From Callorhinchus milii (lineage: Eukaryota), in contig NW_024704743.1 of the NCBI RefSeq assembly GCF_018977255.1, positions 28,336,001 to 28,400,000 on the forward strand: DNA of 64,000 bases, written 5' to 3'. Positions 63,570-64,000 of this stretch are shown in pieces. The notes below the pieces were generated by a model that worked only from the letters and a program-made list of their open reading frames with translations, made no database searches and was not told the DNA's origin. Both the position numbers and the translations under genes were made by a program. Numbering within the stretch: the first letter of the stretch is position 1; the number at the start of each line of letters is the position of its first letter.

Positions 63570-64000
63570 TAACAGCAACTTGGATTTATATAGCGCCCTC
63601 CACGGCATCTCAGAGCGCTTCACAGTGACGGATCCCGGGGCCGAGCCAGGGGGGAGGGGGAGGAAGGTGACCAAAGGCGCGGTCGAAAAGAAAGGTCTTC
63701 AGCCGAGACCTGAAAATAGGAAGAGAGGGAGTGAGGCGAAGGGAGTGAGGAAGGGAGTTCCAGAGCCTCTGGGAGTAGTGGCTGAAGGCACGGCCACCAA
63801 TGGTGGAGCGGAGGATTCGGGCGACAAGGAGGAGGCCAGCCCCGGAGGAGCGAAGGCAACGGGCACTGTTGTGAGGAGAGAGGAGGTCAGAGAGGTAGGG
63901 GGGTGCAGAGGAGTGGAGGGATTTGAAGACAAGGGTGAGGATCTTGAAATCGATCCTCTCTGGGATAGGCAGCCAGTGCAGTCTGGCAAAGACTGGGATT
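63570..64000 (-). mobile_element. L2 LINE 3' end of another subfamily, runs off the window
   Basis: HWLPIPERIDFKIL-type coding on the minus strand and an L2 tail. Confidence 0.8.

Overview
Eukaryotic (vertebrate) genomic DNA, most likely a cartilaginous fish or chimaera; this is inferred from the tRNA-Deu-L2 SINEs, young L2 LINEs, shark-type CR1 tails and protein divergence. All identifiable genes are on the minus strand. In transcription order (right to left): (1) two MARVEL-domain terminal exons of a MARVELD3-like gene (57243-57916, 51883-52577), whose shared 5' exons were not located; (2) an unrecognised gene, predicted as two coding exons (50495-50535 + 46076-48176), encoding a ~713-aa largely disordered protein; (3) a complete 17-coding-exon CLPTM1L (39970 to 21846, 541 aa, all GT-AG introns in phase); (4) TERT exons 1-3 (7875 to 648), continuing beyond the window start. 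The TERT-CLPTM1L tandem matches human 5p15.33. TERT exon 1 has a 1-nt frameshift in a C-homopolymer repeat (probably an assembly error) and exon 2 is greatly expanded (2389 nt). Both CpG-island promoters are flanked by G-quadruplex-prone minisatellites, one built of telomere-variant-like hexamers. Other elements: a solo LTR with a 4-bp TSD 9 kb upstream of TERT, nested and young L2 LINEs, an internally deleted CR1, many Deu-SINEs, and a Penelope-type remnant with a degenerate minimal hammerhead ribozyme. Everything was read by eye; comparisons to human genes are from memory and no searches were run.
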